From assembly GCA_964485575.1 (NCBI GenBank), contig CAZAJO010000001.1, positions 59,602-123,601 on the forward strand: 64,000 nt of DNA, in the 5' to 3' direction. Positions 11,245 to 21,217 of the stretch are shown piece after piece. Each line of letters starts with the position of its first letter. Positions within the stretch are counted from its first letter, which is position 1. The position numbers and the translations under genes are program-made. This DNA comes from an uncultured Gammaproteobacteria bacterium (lineage in GTDB: Bacteria > Patescibacteriota > Microgenomatia > Levybacterales > GWA1-39-11). The notes beneath the pieces were generated by a model, which saw only the letters and a program-made list of their open reading frames with translations, was not told where the DNA came from and did not search any database.

Positions 11245-13599
11245 CTACCTAATAACAAGCGAATTGTCTTCAACCCTTATTGCTGCAGACCCACCTTTCT
11301 GCAATGAATTAGAAAGAAGTAGTTTCGAAAGTTGATTTTCGATCGTAGCTTCAATAAATCTTCTTACATTCCTAGCTCCGAATTCTGTACTAAATGAGTT
11401 TTTTGCAACAAACTCAGTGACATCATCTCCGTATGACAGTGTGATTTGCTGCTCAGAGATCTTATCAACTGATTCCTGTAAAAATAACTTAGCAACAGAA
11501 ATTGCATCTTTTTCTGACAATGGCCTAAACACTATTACGTCATCAAATCTATTTATAAGCTCCGGCTTGTAGATGCCGGATTGTTGTATCTTTTCTATAA
11601 GTTCCTTCTTAACATCCTCAATAACTACTCTTTCTTTATATTTTTCCCGTATAAATTCACTTCCAGCATTCGAGGTAGCAATGATGATGGCATTTTTAAA
11701 CGAGATGACTCTTCCCAAGTGGTCTGTCAATCTCCCCTCATCCAATACCTGCAAGAAAAGGTCATGCACACCTTTTGATGCTTTCTCAAATTCATCAAGC
11801 AGTATTAAAGAAAAAGGATTATGTAGTACTTTGTCGACAAATCCCTCTCCTAACAAAAGATTTATAGCATCATCATTTTGATACTCACTCATATCAAGCC
11901 GTATCATTGCCTTTTCATCACCAAAATAAGATGACGCAAGAGCCTTTGCGGTCTGGGTTTTTCCGACTCCGGTCGGTCCTAGAAATAAAAATGAAGCGAT
12001 AGGTTTTCCTTCGTTCTTCATTCCAGATCTCACCCTTCTCATGGCGTTTGAGATGGCACTAACAGCTTCATCTTGAGAAATAACCCTTTTGTGAATCGTA
12101 GCTTCAAGATCCAGAAGTTTTTCACTTTCTTGTTCGTCTGGTTTGTCTAACAGTAAATTAGTTTTTTCTCCCACAAAACTCCTGACTTCGTCTTCCGTAA
12201 TTTTTTTTACTCCGTGAGTCTTACTGTTTGCTATGACATCCTCCATCAACCTTACTGCTCTTCCAGGCATCGCTGTCCCATCGTTCTCATAAGAATCGGA
12301 AAGATTACATACCTCCTTCAAGGCGTTGTATGAAATTGACACATGATTTGCTTTTTCAAGATCTTTTGATTTCTCAAGAACCATAAAAAGTGCAGTCTCC
12401 GCGTCTGGCTCTGCTACTTCGACGACATCAAATAATTCCTTAATTTCTTGTTTTTGATATATATATGTATTGAATGCATCCTCTGTGGTACTCCCGATTA
12501 TTTTGATCCTGCTACTTTTCAGGTACTCAACCAAAGCGCCTGAGATATCCATAGATAGTCCTCCTCCCCCAAAAATATTTTCAATATTTGGGATATAAAC
12601 GACGACATTGCCTGCATGTGCTAACTCTGAAAATAACTCGACAAAGCGCATCTCCAGATCTCCCTGATTTTCAACTCCTGCAAGAAGACGTTCTGAATAA
12701 AACTTAAAGACAATCTTGTTTGAAATATTTTTTGGCAAAACACCCATGTCGGAATCGAGAGCAAATTCTGCAATCAACGCGGTTTTACCAACTCCTGCAG
12801 GACCGACCAATAACACATTACTTGAATGGTTCTTTGAAAGAGCGGTAATAAGTAAGTCGTATTCCTTATCCCGTCCTATTGGACTTATGACAGGCCCTGA
12901 AAGAATTTCTCTGGTGAAATTGTAAGCATATTGCAACAATTGTTGATTCCATCCAAAGACAAAAAAATCGAATGCTCCGCTACCGGTAAATCTCAAATGA
13001 TACCGTTTTTTGTGATCTATCCCGTACTGCTTTCTTACCCATGAAAGAATGGTTACAATATCTTTCTCATCGATTCCATTTTCAAATAAAGTTTTATTTT
13101 GATCATCAAGCAGTAGTAAATAAGACGCATAGATATCAACTCCATGGATATATGTACCATCAATAGTAGTAACAAGCTCTGCTGCTTTTTTAAGCACTTC
13201 CTCTTCAGTTACTTTTACCTCATTCTTCTTGAATGAATATTGTAGTAACTTATTGAAATACCTGATTTCTCCCTCGCCAAGCAATCCACAAATCACCTCC
13301 AACATCGTTTTTTTTCTTTCTAAAATTACACGTGTCTTAAAATCGGTACACTCAATGACGTGCATGACATTATCAGAGATTTTTTTAGAAGGACTATTAT
13401 TCTCAAGTTTGAAATGGATGAAAAATTCTTGAAGAATCAGTACAAAATAGATGGGAAGAAGATGGATTATAAATACAGGGTTTTTCAGATTGTAATAAAC
13501 AATAAGTCCAATACCAAAAAAGGTAAGAACCCGTAACCAACGGATAATAGGGTTGTCAAAAAAATAGTAAAGAAAATAATATTTATTCTTCATAATCAA
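11245..13599 (-). CDS. Membrane-anchored Clp/Hsp100-like AAA+ protein: two N-terminal TM helices replace Clp_N, D1 has Walker A but no Walker B, D2 is intact
   Basis: N-terminus YYFLYYFFDNPIIRWLRVLTFFGIGLIVYYNL...IIHLLPIYFVLILQEFFIHF is hydrophobic. D1 is LLVGPAGVGKTALI, followed by VVVYIPNIENIFGGGG where hhhhDE would be. D2 is FLFLGPTGVGKTQTAKALA with Walker B LILLDEFEKA and a C-terminal sensor-2-like region. Confidence 0.75.
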   Translation of the reverse strand: MIMKNKYYFLYYFFDNPIIRWLRVLTFFGIGLIVYYNLKNPVFIIHLLPIYFVLILQEFFIHFKLENNSPSKKISDNVMHVIECTDFKTRVILERKKTMLEVICGLLGEGEIRYFNKLLQYSFKKNEVKVTEEEVLKKAAELVTTIDGTYIHGVDIYASYLLLLDDQNKTLFENGIDEKDIVTILSWVRKQYGIDHKKRYHLRFTGSGAFDFFVFGWNQQLLQYAYNFTREILSGPVISPIGRDKEYDLLITALSKNHSSNVLLVGPAGVGKTALIAEFALDSDMGVLPKNISNKIVFKFYSERLLAGVENQGDLEMRFVELFSELAHAGNVVVYIPNIENIFGGGGLSMDISGALVEYLKSSRIKIIGSTTEDAFNTYIYQKQEIKELFDVVEVAEPDAETALFMVLEKSKDLEKANHVSISYNALKEVCNLSDSYENDGTAMPGRAVRLMEDVIANSKTHGVKKITEDEVRSFVGEKTNLLLDKPDEQESEKLLDLEATIHKRVISQDEAVSAISNAMRRVRSGMKNEGKPIASFLFLGPTGVGKTQTAKALASSYFGDEKAMIRLDMSEYQNDDAINLLLGEGFVDKVLHNPFSLILLDEFEKASKGVHDLFLQVLDEGRLTDHLGRVISFKNAIIIATSNAGSEFIREKYKERVVIEDVKKELIEKIQQSGIYKPELINRFDDVIVFRPLSEKDAISVAKLFLQESVDKISEQQITLSYGDDVTEFVAKNSFSTEFGARNVRRFIEATIENQLSKLLLSNSLQKGGSAAIRVEDNSLVIR

Positions 13600-13967
13600 A
13601 AACCTTTGTAAAATATGAGCGCAACCAATGCGAATGGCAACAATAATAAAAAGACCCCTATCAGAAATTCAATAAACAAAAGAAATAAAACAAGAAGTAG
13701 CGAGATAGAAATGAGTACAGATTTGATAACCATTCCAAAAATGATTGAGAATAGTACCAATCCTTGCCTATATTCATTTTTAAGAGGTTTGAAAAATGTT
13801 TTTATAAGAAGCTGAAGAGACAGCAATGAAGCAACATAACGGTTAAGGTCTATAAAGAAATCGAGTAGTCCCCCTAAAACATCTTTATACCAAAAAACGA
13901 TCAAATAAAATGGATAGTATAGAAAGGCAAGCATTTGTACATTTAGTTTACGGTAAGCTCGAATCAT
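13596..13967 (-). CDS. Small polytopic membrane protein (3-4 TM), hypothetical; stop overlaps the Clp-like start by 4 nt
   Basis: The sequence is almost entirely hydrophobic (FLYYPFYLIVFWY; LLLVLFLLFIEFLIGVFLLLLPFALVALIFY). ATGA-type coupling to the downstream AAA+ gene. Confidence 0.5.
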   Translation of the reverse strand: MIRAYRKLNVQMLAFLYYPFYLIVFWYKDVLGGLLDFFIDLNRYVASLLSLQLLIKTFFKPLKNEYRQGLVLFSIIFGMVIKSVLISISLLLVLFLLFIEFLIGVFLLLLPFALVALIFYKGF

Positions 13968-14077
13968 AAATCAAGGATAGCCGGAATTAGGTTGTTTGAG
14001 TCTTCAGAAATATTGTATGATTAGCTTATGTAGACTCGAAACCAATCGAGTTATATGTGTTTGTCTAACTGCCCTAT

Positions 14078-15769
14078 ATGATTCTGTCCGATGATCAAAT
14101 AAAAGCACTTGTCCTGAAAACAGGCCTTGCTACCCAACAAAGCCTGCAAGAACTCGTCGAGTTCTCAAAAAACTCCAATGTTACCCTTGCGGATGCACTT
14201 ATTGAGAAGGATGTAATTTCAGACGAGAACTTAGGCATCCTTATCGCTGACTTTCTCCATATTCCATTTATAGTTCTTTCAAAACTATCAATTCCTGAAG
14301 AGGTCTTTCATGTCGTTCCTGAAAAAATAGCTAGAAAACATAAAGTAATACCATTTGAAAAGAATAGTGAAGGATTGAAGGTTGCAACTGTCGATCCAAG
14401 AAACAGCGAGGTTCTTCAAGCAATCAGTAAAAAGACAGGTCTGAAAGTAATCCCCTATCTAACGACTGAACGGGATGTTGATAATATCCTACGTATATAT
14501 AAGAGGGATCTTCAAAAATCTTTCGAACAACTCCTTCAAAAAGAACTTGGGATTTCCGATATATCAAAAGTAACCGATGCTGCTCCGATTGAAAAGATAG
14601 TCAATCTTCTTGTGGAGTTTGGATATAGCGATAAAGTATCAGACATCCATATTGAACCAGAAGAAAAAGATTCATTAGTCCGCTTTAGGATAGACGGCAT
14701 TCTACATGACGTTTTATACCTTCCTAAAAATTTCCATGAGAGGATCATTTCCCGTATAAAAATACTTTCGAAGTTACGCACCGACGAACATTTAAGCCCT
14801 CAAGACGGAAAAATGCGCATAAAACTTGACGAGGAGAATCTCGATATCCGTGTATCTGTACTTCCGATTGCCGATGGTGAAAAGGCAGTTCTTAGGCTTC
14901 TTGCTTCCCATTTCCGTCAATTTTCTCTGATAGACCTTGGAATGAGTGAGCCTGATCTTAAAAAAGTTACGAATGCCTATAGCAAATCATATGGCATGGT
15001 ACTTTCGACCGGACCTACCGGAAGTGGCAAGACTACGTCAATCTACGCCATATTAAAAATCCTTAACACCCGTGAGAAAAATATTACAACGATTGAAGAC
15101 CCGGTTGAGTACCGAATAAAAGGGGTCAATCAGATCAATGTAAATCAAAAAACTGATCTGACATTTGCTAACGGGTTGCGATCTATACTAAGACAAGATC
15201 CTAATGTCGTTTTCGTAGGAGAAATCCGTGATGGAGAGACAGCTGGCATTGCTGTGAATGCTGCCTTAACCGGTCACTTAGTTCTCTCTACCCTACACAC
15301 TAATGATGCAGCAACTGCTCTTCCGCGGCTTATTGATATGAAAGTTGAACCATTCCTTGTGGCATCAACAGTAAATGTCATCATCGCCCAACGTCTGATC
15401 AGAAAGATCTGTGATATGTGCAAAATGTCATATGAAATACTAAGAACTGATCTTGCTAAAAACTTACCATCAACAATTATTTCGAGGCACTTCGGCGACA
15501 GAGAAAATGTCAAACTGTATAAAGGGAAAGGTTGTAAAATTTGCCATTCAACCGGATACTCCGGTCGTCTTGGAGTGTTTGAGGTTTTGGAGGTAACAAA
15601 AGATATAAAAGAATTGATTACAGCAAAAAATGATTCGGACGTCATTACAAAAAAAGCTGTCGAAGAAGGAATGACGACCATGCTTAATGATGGTCTTATG
15701 AAGGTTGCAAAAGGCACTACAACACTTGAGGAAGTCTTAAGAGTAACACGAGTAGAAACGTCATCATGA
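14078..15769 (+). CDS. pilB: Type IV pilus assembly/extension ATPase PilB (GspE family)
   Basis: N-terminal GSPII_E_N-like region; Walker A LSTGPTGSGKTTS; Asp and His boxes (VGEIRD...LSTLHTNDA); tetracysteine motif CDMCKMSY...CKICHSTGYSGR. Confidence 0.9.
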   Translation: MILSDDQIKALVLKTGLATQQSLQELVEFSKNSNVTLADALIEKDVISDENLGILIADFLHIPFIVLSKLSIPEEVFHVVPEKIARKHKVIPFEKNSEGLKVATVDPRNSEVLQAISKKTGLKVIPYLTTERDVDNILRIYKRDLQKSFEQLLQKELGISDISKVTDAAPIEKIVNLLVEFGYSDKVSDIHIEPEEKDSLVRFRIDGILHDVLYLPKNFHERIISRIKILSKLRTDEHLSPQDGKMRIKLDEENLDIRVSVLPIADGEKAVLRLLASHFRQFSLIDLGMSEPDLKKVTNAYSKSYGMVLSTGPTGSGKTTSIYAILKILNTREKNITTIEDPVEYRIKGVNQINVNQKTDLTFANGLRSILRQDPNVVFVGEIRDGETAGIAVNAALTGHLVLSTLHTNDAATALPRLIDMKVEPFLVASTVNVIIAQRLIRKICDMCKMSYEILRTDLAKNLPSTIISRHFGDRENVKLYKGKGCKICHSTGYSGRLGVFEVLEVTKDIKELITAKNDSDVITKKAVEEGMTTMLNDGLMKVAKGTTTLEEVLRVTRVETSS

Positions 15770-16839
15770 TGGAAATATTTAGTAACAACAATCCAAAATC
15801 GTTGAGGATCTCAACATCTGAGAAATTGGGACTGATCAGCAATCTAGCGACAATGCTATCTGCTGGCATTTCCATTCTTGAGGTTGTAGACTCTTTGCTT
15901 GAAGATGCAAAAGGAAACCAGAAAAAACTTCTAGACTCATTAAAAGCAGACCTTGCTCAAGGAAATCATGTCTCTGATGCCTTAGGTAAATTTCCAAAGA
16001 TTTTTGACAAGATCACCGTTAACCTCATCAAGGCTTCTGAGGAAGCCGGAACACTTGACGTAACGCTTGTTGACCTGAAGTCCTCCATTAAAAAAGATGC
16101 AGAATTCATGGACAAGATCAAAGGTGCCTTGACATATCCTGTTCTTATTCTTTTTGTCTTTGCTGGTGTTCTCGTCATGATTCTGATTGTCGTAATCCCA
16201 AAGATATCTAGTGTTTTTTTGAGACTCAATGTAGACCTACCCCTTCCTACACAAATACTTATTGGGATGTCACAAGTCTTGACCCAATATACGATATTTG
16301 TTTTTCTTGGGATTGCACTTGTAGGGATTGGAGGATTTCTTTTTTACCGTGAGAAGAAGCGAACGTTTTTACATATTCTTTTCATGCTACCGCTTGTCTC
16401 AACGCTTTCTCAACAAATTGACCTGACCCGATTCTCAAGAAGTCTTTATCTATTGTTAAATGCCGGAATTCCAATCGCTGCCGCACTAGAGCTTGCCCAA
16501 GAAGTGGTCTTAAAAAAAGAAGTAAGTGATGCCATTGGGCATTGCAAGGATGTTGTTTTGGCTGGAAGCGAACTGTCTGATGGATTAAAAAATGCAAAAA
16601 ATATTTTTCCTAATATCATGATAAAAATTACCGAAGCTGGGGAAAAAAGCGGATCTTTGGATAAATCAATGCAAGATGTCTCGGAATATCTGGACTACCA
16701 AGTTGAAAACACTCTCAAGACATTGACGACTCTTCTTGAACCTCTCATGCTCATATTCGTAGGCGTTCTTGTTGGAGGGATGATGTTATCAATTATCGCA
16801 CCGATCTATGGACTTATCGGACAAGTAAGTTCTCACTAA
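15766..16839 (+). CDS. pilC: Type IV pilus inner-membrane platform protein PilC (GspF family)
   Basis: Two GspF repeats (LATMLSAGISILEVVDSL...; LYLLLNAGIPIAAALELAQEV...), three TM segments, and the C-terminal EPLMLIFVGVLVGGMMLSIIAPIYGL. Overlaps pilB by 4 nt. Confidence 0.9.
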   Translation: MMEIFSNNNPKSLRISTSEKLGLISNLATMLSAGISILEVVDSLLEDAKGNQKKLLDSLKADLAQGNHVSDALGKFPKIFDKITVNLIKASEEAGTLDVTLVDLKSSIKKDAEFMDKIKGALTYPVLILFVFAGVLVMILIVVIPKISSVFLRLNVDLPLPTQILIGMSQVLTQYTIFVFLGIALVGIGGFLFYREKKRTFLHILFMLPLVSTLSQQIDLTRFSRSLYLLLNAGIPIAAALELAQEVVLKKEVSDAIGHCKDVVLAGSELSDGLKNAKNIFPNIMIKITEAGEKSGSLDKSMQDVSEYLDYQVENTLKTLTTLLEPLMLIFVGVLVGGMMLSIIAPIYGLIGQVSSH

Positions 16840-16840
16840 C

Positions 16841-17356
16841 ATGTTTTGCCGAAACCCAAAAACTCTAGACCTCAATTTGAAAAGTGAAAGCGGGTTAACC
16901 TTAATAGAACTGCTTCTTGTCATAGGAATTCTTTCTATCCTTTTTGCTATCGGGATAGTAAGTCTTACTAATATAAGAGTCATTTCCGGTAACAGCAGCG
17001 CGAGTGTTGTCCTTATTTCTGATTTGAAGACACAACAGATAAAAGCGATGACCGGGGACACTGAAGGACGCGGAGTTCCTGACAATTATGGTGTCAAAAT
17101 CCTTTCTAACAGATATGTTCTATTTCATGGACTTTCTTATAACCCTCTAGACACTTCAAATTTTTCTGTACCAGTAGACAGCGGATATTTACTTAGTACA
17201 ACTTTTCCGAATAGTACAATAATATTCGCGTCAGAAAGTGGTCAATTAGTTGGATTTGTCGCAAACCAGAATACAATCATGCTCACAAGCACTCCATCCG
17301 GACAAGTCAAGACTATCCAATTCAATGCATATGGAACAATTACAGATATTAATTAA
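16841..17356 (+). CDS. Minor pilin / pseudopilin with prepilin N-terminal methylation motif
   Basis: Leader ending in G, then LTLIELLLVIGILSILFAIGIV (Glu at +5). Confidence 0.75.
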   Translation: MFCRNPKTLDLNLKSESGLTLIELLLVIGILSILFAIGIVSLTNIRVISGNSSASVVLISDLKTQQIKAMTGDTEGRGVPDNYGVKILSNRYVLFHGLSYNPLDTSNFSVPVDSGYLLSTTFPNSTIIFASESGQLVGFVANQNTIMLTSTPSGQVKTIQFNAYGTITDIN

Positions 17357-20306
17357 AAAATTTAAAAAACGGGAGGAAGGACAACTTCTAATTGAGATTA
17401 TCCTTGCCATTGCCATAACCGCAATCATGCTCCCTGCTCTTCTGACAGGACTTTTTTCCTCAAAACAAGGAAAAGCGCAACAAGGTCAAAGAGTTCAGGC
17501 CGTTGCTCTTATGAAAGAAGCTGAAGAAGTAGTCAGAAATGTTCGCGAACAAGGGTGGACACTTTTTTCTGTCAATGGTACATATCATCCGTTGATCTCA
17601 GGGACTACGTGGTCCTTTGCATCAGGAAGCGAAAATGTTAATGGATTGACAAGGACAATAACAGTAAGTGATGTCTATCGGGACAATAATGGAGTCGTCG
17701 TAACAAGCGGGGGTACTCTTGATCCTTCAACAAAAAAAGTCTACATACAAATAACATGGGGACAACCATATGCTTCATCAGTTGATTCTACAATTTATGT
17801 AACACGATATTTGCAAAACAATGCATCAACCCAAACAAGTATCGCGGATTTTAATGCTGGAACTACCCAAGATACTGCTGTCACCAACACGTCAGGAGGA
17901 GAAATAACACTCGCACCAAACACGAAAGGTAAATGGTGTTCACCAAGTTTTTCAAGTGCCACTATTACACTTCCCGATGGACCACCGGTTGCAGTTGCAG
18001 CAACCGCAAGTGCTTCTTCTGTTTCAACACCTAATGACGTTTTTGTTGCAACTTCACCAACAACGGCAAACTCATTCAAGCTAGCGCATGTGAAAGTGAC
18101 CGCTGACACTGATCCTCCCGTACCAACATTAAGAGGAACATTCACTCTTGATTCAACTAAATATAGTAACGGCTCGCTGGTTCCTGTAAACCCAGGACTT
18201 GATAACAGTTTTATGACAAACGCAATTAAATACTACAAGTCCTCTAGTGGTAAATTGTATGCGCTTATTGCAACCACTAAGTCTGACCGTGAAGTCATAG
18301 CTATCCTTGTTGATGACGGAAATGCAGGTAACGATAGCACTAACAATGGAGAGTATCAGGATTATGTAAATAAGATCTATAAATACTGGACATTTTTCGA
18401 CACAAAGATTTATGGAGCTGCTTCGGGACTTGATACTGGATTTCTGAGTCCGTCAGCAAATACCGCAGACTCTGGTGGTGATGGTAACGGATACGAAACA
18501 AATCCAACACGGGCATACTCCGCCAACTCATCATATGCGACTGATTCCAATAGCGGTAATGGTAATGGAACGAACTGTACGGGATCAGATAAAGACAAAC
18601 ATAGATTCTATAATTACGGAATATCTCTACCAAACGGAAGCACTATCGATGGGATAGAGATCCGATTGGATGGAAGAGCTGACAGTACTACGGGGAGTCC
18701 AAAATTTTGCGTACAACTCTCATGGGATGGAGGAACAACGTGGACAAGTGCAAAATCCTCAAATAATTTAACTACCAACAATGCAACATACACATTGGGT
18801 GGATCTTCAGATAACTGGGGAAGGACATGGACTGATACTGAAATGGATGATGCCAATTTTAGAGTGAGGGTTATTGATATTTCAAGCTCGACACGTACTT
18901 TTTCTCTCGACTGGGTTGCAACAAAAGTCTATTACAGCGGTGGTTCACTTTCGACTTCAGACCAAGCCCCATATGGAGCCGGAGGATCTTCTATCGCCGT
19001 TCTTGATGATAGAGGATATGTCACTTCTGGGGGATTTTTATATACGTTTGATTTGAGCAACATAGATAGCAAGAGTCAAAATAGCGGATTGGATATGATT
19101 GGCTGCAGGATAGAACTTGACGGGAAGGACTGTAACCCAACCACGAGTAGAGTTCGAAAATATGCAGCAGGAAGCACAGGCACAAATTGGGGAAGCGAAT
19201 CAGCAGGTCAAACAGCATGTCTTGATGGAGGAAATACTCAAATATATGCTGAAAACGATATTTATCCTGTTAAAGTTGGGACAAGTACTTATGTGTACGC
19301 GGCAGTTGGTGCTGGTACGGATCCTGAACTTGATATTGTAAATGTAAGCACTCCTCCTACCGGTGCAACAAGCCCTGCAATCAATGCGAGCATTTGTGGG
19401 ACGATAGCTAGCGGAAATGCCTCATGGAAAAGGGGTGGATCACTTGATTTCAATTCACAAAGCAACACGCAAGAGACTGCAAACTCAGTCTTTGCAAGTC
19501 CGGATGGAACGCGTGCATACATTTCTTCAAATGGTACTGTGGATGCCAATGGTGATAGCATTCCAGACAGTTGGCAATTCTATATCATCAACACTAATTC
19601 AAAAACAGCTCCCGCTTTTCTTTCAGGAACTCCTGCAACTGGCGCTACGAGTGGATATTATTATGGAACGAGTGCAGATGCCGAGTTATATCCAAGAAGA
19701 TCTCTTACAGTATTTAATGGTTCTCGTGCAATTGTTGTCGGAAAAGATGGATTGACCAATGGCAATAACGCTGCAGAGTATCAGGTAGTAAACATCACCA
19801 ACGAATCGTCCCCTTCATTTTGTGGAAGTCTTGATTTCAACCAGGGCTTTAGCGACCTTGGGTCTGTCACCGAAGCTGACAATGACAAATTTGCGTATCT
19901 TGTATCAAACACCGGGGTCAATGAATTGAAGATCATTCAGGGAGGACCTGACGGGACATATCTTGATACCGGAACATATGAATCTGCTCCACTCGATCTT
20001 GGTTCAATGGTTCAACTAAATAGACTCTCTTCAAATGCTACGGTTTCTGCGAGTACCTCTTTGCAGTATAGGGTTGCTGCAACTCTCCCGGTAAACGGTT
20101 CGTGTGCCAACGCAACATACACATATGTGGGGCCAGATGGGACAGCTGGAACATTTTTTCCTTCAACTGGAGGAGCTATCCCATTGAGTGGTATTTCGGG
20201 ATTTCAAAATCCTGCAAGATGCGTACGGTATAAAGCGTATCTTTCAACCACTGATTTTAACGTAACGCCAACACTACTGGATGCATCAATCAATTATTCA
20301 CCATGA
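17325..20306 (+). CDS. Giant (about 990 aa) pilin-like protein: 17-19 aa leader, class-III-type signal (EEG|QLLIEIILAIAITAIM) and a very large S/T/N/G-rich extracellular region; candidate pilus-tip adhesin
   Basis: The ORF is open from 17250, but the upstream gene ends at 17356. Internal ATGs at 17325 and 17331 are the likely starts; GGGAGG at 17364-17369 lies inside the leader. The mature N-terminus has Q+1 and E+5. The remainder is rich in beta-strand-like segments (FRVRVIDISSSTRTFSLDW; YQVVNITNESS). Confidence 0.7.
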   Translation: MHMEQLQILIKKFKKREEGQLLIEIILAIAITAIMLPALLTGLFSSKQGKAQQGQRVQAVALMKEAEEVVRNVREQGWTLFSVNGTYHPLISGTTWSFASGSENVNGLTRTITVSDVYRDNNGVVVTSGGTLDPSTKKVYIQITWGQPYASSVDSTIYVTRYLQNNASTQTSIADFNAGTTQDTAVTNTSGGEITLAPNTKGKWCSPSFSSATITLPDGPPVAVAATASASSVSTPNDVFVATSPTTANSFKLAHVKVTADTDPPVPTLRGTFTLDSTKYSNGSLVPVNPGLDNSFMTNAIKYYKSSSGKLYALIATTKSDREVIAILVDDGNAGNDSTNNGEYQDYVNKIYKYWTFFDTKIYGAASGLDTGFLSPSANTADSGGDGNGYETNPTRAYSANSSYATDSNSGNGNGTNCTGSDKDKHRFYNYGISLPNGSTIDGIEIRLDGRADSTTGSPKFCVQLSWDGGTTWTSAKSSNNLTTNNATYTLGGSSDNWGRTWTDTEMDDANFRVRVIDISSSTRTFSLDWVATKVYYSGGSLSTSDQAPYGAGGSSIAVLDDRGYVTSGGFLYTFDLSNIDSKSQNSGLDMIGCRIELDGKDCNPTTSRVRKYAAGSTGTNWGSESAGQTACLDGGNTQIYAENDIYPVKVGTSTYVYAAVGAGTDPELDIVNVSTPPTGATSPAINASICGTIASGNASWKRGGSLDFNSQSNTQETANSVFASPDGTRAYISSNGTVDANGDSIPDSWQFYIINTNSKTAPAFLSGTPATGATSGYYYGTSADAELYPRRSLTVFNGSRAIVVGKDGLTNGNNAAEYQVVNITNESSPSFCGSLDFNQGFSDLGSVTEADNDKFAYLVSNTGVNELKIIQGGPDGTYLDTGTYESAPLDLGSMVQLNRLSSNATVSASTSLQYRVAATLPVNGSCANATYTYVGPDGTAGTFFPSTGGAIPLSGISGFQNPARCVRYKAYLSTTDFNVTPTLLDASINYSP

Positions 20307-20836
20307 TTAAATTCTCAATTCTCCAGAAAAACCAAAATGGCTTCGTTTATTCAAAGAAGCGGAATGGCTTTACCCTTGTCGAACTTCTTATTTATATGGG
20401 ACTTCTCACAGTATTAATCCTCATATTTACTGATATATTCACCTCAATAATTGACAATCAGTTAAGCTCAAGAAACACATCTAACGTCGCTGACGACGGT
20501 CGGTATATCTACTCCCGGTTCATCTACGACGTGGGTCGTGCCCAAGCAATCACACAACCTGCAACCTATGGTAGTTCATCTGCAGTTCTTGATTTAACAA
20601 TCGGTGGACAAAATTATAGTTACTCACTGCTAAACAACAACCTGGTCGTGACAAGTCCAGGAGGATCATATGCACTAAATGGCTATGGATCATCAATATC
20701 GGGATTGCTTTTTACAAAAGTCGGAACCACAAGTGCTAAAAGCACTGTGCAGATTAATTTCACGGTAAAAGGAGTAGTAAGAAGTAGAGGGATTGACGAT
20801 CAGCAGATTTTCCAGACGACAGCCGGACTAAGATGA
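20303..20836 (+). CDS. Minor pilin with canonical prepilin motif
   Basis: KKRNGFTLVELLIYMGLLTVLILIF: G|FTLVE with Glu at +5. ATGA overlap with the previous gene. Confidence 0.8.
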   Translation: MIKFSILQKNQNGFVYSKKRNGFTLVELLIYMGLLTVLILIFTDIFTSIIDNQLSSRNTSNVADDGRYIYSRFIYDVGRAQAITQPATYGSSSAVLDLTIGGQNYSYSLLNNNLVVTSPGGSYALNGYGSSISGLLFTKVGTTSAKSTVQINFTVKGVVRSRGIDDQQIFQTTAGLR

Positions 20837-21216
20837 AAAATTTATTTAAAAATCAACAAGGTCAAACACTCATAATACTTCTGATCTACATGGTTATTGC
20901 AATCATTGTAACGACCGCATCAATTGCTCTTGTGATCAATAGTTCACGAGGCACTGATAAGGTCTATCAAGGGGCAAACTCCTTAGATATTGCAGAAAGT
21001 GGAGCCGAAACTGCTATGATTAAACTATTAAGAGATCCCAACTACATTGGCGAGACAGTAACAGTCGGGAATGGACAGGCAGTCATAACTGTAACAGGGA
21101 CCAATCCAAAAATAATTGTCTCGAAAGGAACTCTCAATAATTTTACAAGAACAATTCAAGTGATTGTTGATACCAGTAATAATGTCTTGACAGCTACATC
21201 CTGGAAAGAAATTTGA
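20833..21216 (+). CDS. PilX/minor-pilin-like protein (pilin-like N-terminal helix without Glu+5)
   Basis: KNQQGQTLIILLIYMVIAIIVTTASIALVI: hydrophobic helix after a G-Q junction but lacking E+5. 127 aa. Translationally coupled on both sides. Confidence 0.5.
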   Translation: MKNLFKNQQGQTLIILLIYMVIAIIVTTASIALVINSSRGTDKVYQGANSLDIAESGAETAMIKLLRDPNYIGETVTVGNGQAVITVTGTNPKIIVSKGTLNNFTRTIQVIVDTSNNVLTATSWKEI

Positions 21217-21217
21217 T

